Positions 27,233-30,608 of a stretch of DNA of 30,608 bases are shown piece by piece. The notes under the pieces were generated by a model, which searched no databases, had not been told where the DNA came from, and was given only the letters and a program-made list of their open reading frames with translations. The stretch covers positions 1-30,608 of the forward strand of contig CAKZTQ010000001.1 in NCBI GenBank assembly GCA_937921735.1, in the 5' to 3' direction. A program made the position numbers and the translations under genes. This DNA comes from an uncultured archaeon (lineage in GTDB: Archaea; Hadarchaeota; Hadarchaeia; Hadarchaeales; Hadarchaeaceae). How positions within the stretch are numbered: position 1 is the stretch's first letter; each line of letters opens with the position of its first letter.

Positions 27233-27259
27233 GGTCAGGCATCGACGGGCGGGACTGTT

Positions 27260-27916
27260 TTGGTCGGGAAGGATGAGCTCTCGAGGGCGTTGTTCAGGGC
27301 GGTGCTTAGGATACTCCCCCTCTGCTCCCCCTTCCTGCTCGCCGACGCCATTAGGCGCCTCGGGATCGAGAAGCTGGTGGAGCTGGGGGCGGACGACGCT
27401 CTAACCTTCTTCGGCATGACCTTGGTGGGGCTGTACTTGGTCCTCAAGCTGACGGATAGGAGGGCGCTGGTCAGGAGGTGCTCCGCCCGGGAGTTCGTCG
27501 CGGGCACGGCGACGCTTGCCTGCGCGGACTTGCTTGGTCTGCTAGCGGCGAAGCTCATCCTATTCGGCGGCGTTGCTTCCTCCGGCGGGGGCCTAGGACT
27601 GGGCTTCCTTTGGCTGGCGGTGGTCGTGGCCCCACTGGGAGAGGAGTGGTTCTTCAGGCATCTCTTGATCAGCGGGTTCAGGGAGTTGGGGCGGCGCCTC
27701 AAGCGCCGGCCGTCGAGCTACGCCTGCGTGGTCATCTCGGCCCTGATCTTCGGCTTCGCCCACCTGTTCGACCCCGTCATAAAGAGATCGCTCCAGCATA
27801 TCCCGTTCATCGCCTACTCCGGCGCCCTCTACGGCTTGGGCTACGCCGAGTATGGCCTGGCAAGTGCGGTCCTGCTCCACGCGCTGGGCAACCTCTCGGT
27901 CGCACTGCTCCTGTGA
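27260..27916 (+). CDS. CPBP (CAAX/Abi) family intramembrane metalloprotease
   Basis: EEWFFR, FGFAH and HALGN motifs in a multi-TM protein. Confidence 0.85.
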   Translation: MVGKDELSRALFRAVLRILPLCSPFLLADAIRRLGIEKLVELGADDALTFFGMTLVGLYLVLKLTDRRALVRRCSAREFVAGTATLACADLLGLLAAKLILFGGVASSGGGLGLGFLWLAVVVAPLGEEWFFRHLLISGFRELGRRLKRRPSSYACVVISALIFGFAHLFDPVIKRSLQHIPFIAYSGALYGLGYAEYGLASAVLLHALGNLSVALLL

Positions 27917-28063
27917 TAGGAATCAGGGATTCTCGCTTGGTTTTGCAATGTTGTGGAGCGCCTTTTATGATCCACGCTGACGAGGCGATCACTTTCGGCC
28001 ATCTCTCTCCAAAATCCCTTTTAAGCGGGGAGGCGCAAGTTCGGTCGGGGGGCTGGTCTAAGC

Positions 28064-30121
28064 ATGAATTTTGACGAGATGGTGCGTGAGATCCTAGAGC
28101 GCACCAAGCTCGACCACGATGAGCTGATGGCCAGGATAAAGCAGAAGCAGGACGAGCTCGCGGGCTTCGTGACGCCCGAGGGCGCGGCGATCATCGTCGG
28201 GCGCGAGCTGGGTGTCGAGCTGGTGAAGAAGGAGCTGGAGGTTAGACAGCTGAGGATAGAGGACCTCTGCCCTGGCATGTCGAACGTCGACATCGTGGGG
28301 CGAGTCGTCCGCGTCTACGAGCCGCGCAGCTTCCAGCGGGTCGACGGCTCGCAGGGAAGGGTGGCTAGCCTCTTGCTCGAGGACTCTACCGGTAGGGTGC
28401 GGTTGGTGCTCTGGAACGAAGATGTCGAGCCCATAGAGAGGGGAGAGGTGCAGAAGGGCATGGCGCTGCAGGTGAAGGGCGCCTTCGTGAGGAAGGGCTT
28501 GGACCAACAGCCAGAGCTAAATTTGGGCTCGAGGGGCTCGCTGGTGCTCAACCCGGACGACCCACGCGTGGCGGAGCTCCCCCCGATCAAGGAGGTCAAG
28601 GTCAGGGTCGCGGACCTCTCGCCGGGCATGGGCGATGTCGACCTCGTGGGAAGGGTGGTGGCTACGACCGAGCCCAGAGCATTTGAGCGCCCCGACGGCA
28701 GCTTGGGCAAGGTGTCGACGATCGTGCTCATGGACTCGACCGGTCGCGCTAGGGTCTCGCTCTGGGACGAGAAGGCCGAGGTCGCGAAAAGCCTCAGGCG
28801 GGGAGACATGGTGAAACTGGAGAACGCCTACGTCCGGCTCGGGCCCAAGGGAAAGCCCGAGCTCCACCTGGGCTGGCGAGGGAGGCTGCTGCTCAACCCT
28901 CCCGGCGCGGAGGCCGAGGCGCTGCCGGAGGTGGAGGAGAGGCTACTGAAGGTGGAGGAGATAGAGGCCGACATGCCATCCCTCGACTTCGCCGCCAAGT
29001 TGAGGAGGAAGTTCCCGCCGCATGAGTTCAAGCGCGACGACGGCAGCTTGGGCAAGGTGATGAGCGCCACGCTCGCCGACGAGACCGGCATCATCCGCGC
29101 CTCGTTCTGGGACGGCATGGTGGAGCTGGCGGAATCTTTATCGCCTGGCGATGTGCTGCTCGTGCGCGGCGCTTATACCCGCCCAGGCCTAGCGGGCAGG
29201 CCAGAGGTGCACGTCGGGGCGACGGCGAGGGTCGAGGTCAACCCGCCAGGCCTGAGCGTCGGCGATTTCGAGCCAAGCAAGCTCAAGGTGGGCGAGCTGG
29301 AGCCCGGGATGGATGGGCTGGAGGTGGTGGCGAGGGTGATCGAGGTCTCGCCGCCGAGGGAGTTCAAGAGGGCCGACGGGAGCAAGGGGCTGGTGGCGAC
29401 TCTGACGCTGGGCGATGAGACGGGCACGGTGAGGGCATCGCTCTGGCACGAGCAGGCGGAGCACGCGGGGCGCGTCAAGGTGGGCGACGTGGTGAGGTTG
29501 GTCAACTGCTACACCACGCTGGGGCTCTTCGGCCAGCCAGAGCTACAGCTGGGGAGGCAGGGCGCGCTGGAGGTCAACCCGCCCATAGCCGAACAGCTGC
29601 CGCCGGCGGACGTGCTGGAGATGGTCAAGGCGGAGCCGAAGCGAGTCGCCATAGCCTCGCTGCAGAAGGAGGGCGCTCGGGCGGAGGTGAGGGGGACCAT
29701 CGTCAGGGTCTTCCACAGGCGCCCGATCTTCGACATCTGTCCCTCCTGCGGGCGCAGCTTGGGGAGCGTCGACACCAGCTTGATGTGCGAGGAGTGCGGG
29801 AAGGTGGTGACGCCCGAGCACAGGCCGGTGCTAAGCTTCGTACTCGACGATGGCACGGGCAACATTCGAGCGGTGCTTTTCGGTCGCGTGGCGGAGAAGC
29901 TCCTGGGCATGGACGCAAAGGAGGTCTTCGAGCGATTCAGGGCTGCCCGCGACCTAGAGGAGTTCTACGCGGACCTCAAGCTGGTTGGGCGGGAGGTGAT
30001 CCTGACGGGCGTCACCCGTCACGATAAGTACTTCGACCAGCTCGAGCTCAGGGCGAGCGACGTTCAGCTGCCCGATGCCAGGCGAGAGGCGAGGGCGCTA
30101 CTGGAAGGGATAAAAGCGTGA
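28064..30121 (+). CDS. rpa: Replication protein A (five OB folds plus a zinc finger)
   Basis: Repeated F.R.DGS.G.V....L.D.TG.....W units, a C-terminal OB fold with CPSC...CEEC, and position upstream of radA. Confidence 0.92.
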   Translation: MNFDEMVREILERTKLDHDELMARIKQKQDELAGFVTPEGAAIIVGRELGVELVKKELEVRQLRIEDLCPGMSNVDIVGRVVRVYEPRSFQRVDGSQGRVASLLLEDSTGRVRLVLWNEDVEPIERGEVQKGMALQVKGAFVRKGLDQQPELNLGSRGSLVLNPDDPRVAELPPIKEVKVRVADLSPGMGDVDLVGRVVATTEPRAFERPDGSLGKVSTIVLMDSTGRARVSLWDEKAEVAKSLRRGDMVKLENAYVRLGPKGKPELHLGWRGRLLLNPPGAEAEALPEVEERLLKVEEIEADMPSLDFAAKLRRKFPPHEFKRDDGSLGKVMSATLADETGIIRASFWDGMVELAESLSPGDVLLVRGAYTRPGLAGRPEVHVGATARVEVNPPGLSVGDFEPSKLKVGELEPGMDGLEVVARVIEVSPPREFKRADGSKGLVATLTLGDETGTVRASLWHEQAEHAGRVKVGDVVRLVNCYTTLGLFGQPELQLGRQGALEVNPPIAEQLPPADVLEMVKAEPKRVAIASLQKEGARAEVRGTIVRVFHRRPIFDICPSCGRSLGSVDTSLMCEECGKVVTPEHRPVLSFVLDDGTGNIRAVLFGRVAEKLLGMDAKEVFERFRAARDLEEFYADLKLVGREVILTGVTRHDKYFDQLELRASDVQLPDARREARALLEGIKA

Positions 30122-30149
30122 GGGTCACAAGTTGTTTGGAGGCGCTGGT

Positions 30150-30608
30150 TTGGCCGAGGCAAAGAAGTTGAGCATCGAGAGCCTGCCTGGCGTGGGCGAG
30201 GCCACCGCCGAGAAGTTGCGCGAGGCGGGCTACACCACCATCGAATCCATAGCCGTCGCCACCGTGGCTGAGCTGAGGGAGATAGCCGAGATAGGCGAAG
30301 CTCAAGCGAAGCGGATAATCTCAGCTGCTAGGCAAGCCGCGGACATAGGCACCTTCCTCACCGCCGACAAGGTTCTAGAGCGGAGAAAGACCGTGGGCTG
30401 GATAACGACGGGCAGCAAGCAGCTCGACGCCCTCCTCGGCGGGGGCATCGAGACCAGGGCGGTGACCGAGGTCTTCGGGGAGTTCGGCTCGGGCAAGAGC
30501 CAGCTCGCGCACCAGCTCTGCGTCAACGTCCAGCTGCCGCCTGAGCGAGGTGGGCTCAACGGAAAGGCGATCTTCATTGACACCGAGAACACCTTCAGGC
30601 CGGAGAGG
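30150..30608 (+). CDS. radA: DNA repair and recombination protein RadA (truncated by the window end)
   Basis: TTG start after GGAGG. Translates to [28 protein letters not shown]...[17 protein letters not shown]...[14 protein letters not shown]...[12 protein letters not shown]. Confidence 0.95.
   Translation, partial: MAEAKKLSIESLPGVGEATAEKLREAGYTTIESIAVATVAELREIAEIGEAQAKRIISAARQAADIGTFLTADKVLERRKTVGWITTGSKQLDALLGGGIETRAVTEVFGEFGSGKSQLAHQLCVNVQLPPERGGLNGKAIFIDTENTFRPER

Noticed and set aside
21145-30608. Inteins in rfcS, ileS or radA
   Set aside because: Lengths are normal and motifs contiguous, including just after the Walker A sites. The part of radA beyond the window cannot be assessed.
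1-30608. CRISPR array, transposase, integrase, rRNA
   Set aside because: No regularly spaced repeats or recognisable motifs were seen, and nearly all sequence is accounted for by other genes.

Overview
This is a GC-rich archaeal chromosome segment. The gene set and order (aIF-1A-rio1-KH-top6B-top6A, cimA/leuA, multi-OB RPA-radA, archaeal IleRS) look euryarchaeal-like, possibly Hadarchaeota; the taxonomy is inference. Most of it is housekeeping: an OFA-type MFS transporter, a DHH phosphoesterase, topoisomerase VI, ribosome-biogenesis genes, dcd, a branched-chain amino-acid cluster (cimA, leuA, leuB, leuCD, ilvD), rfcS, a BlaI/CopY regulator, ileS, class II HMG-CoA reductase, a CPBP protease, RPA and a partial radA. 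The most unusual signal is in RNA. A tRNA-Asn(GTT) gene at 2543-2719 (-) is split by three bulge-helix-bulge (BHB) introns at 8/9, 37/38 and 59/60. A copy of its own acceptor 5' strand lies just upstream and could stand in during splicing, and its 60-nt middle intron carries two antisense matches to the tRNA's own T-arm. A tRNA-Ile2(CAT) with a 30/31 intron lies nearby. Other points of interest are a pilin-less, motif-divergent VirB11/TadA-like ATPase plus TadC-like pair, and an unannotated 33-aa histone-H1-like microprotein that ends in a perfect palindrome shared with ileS.
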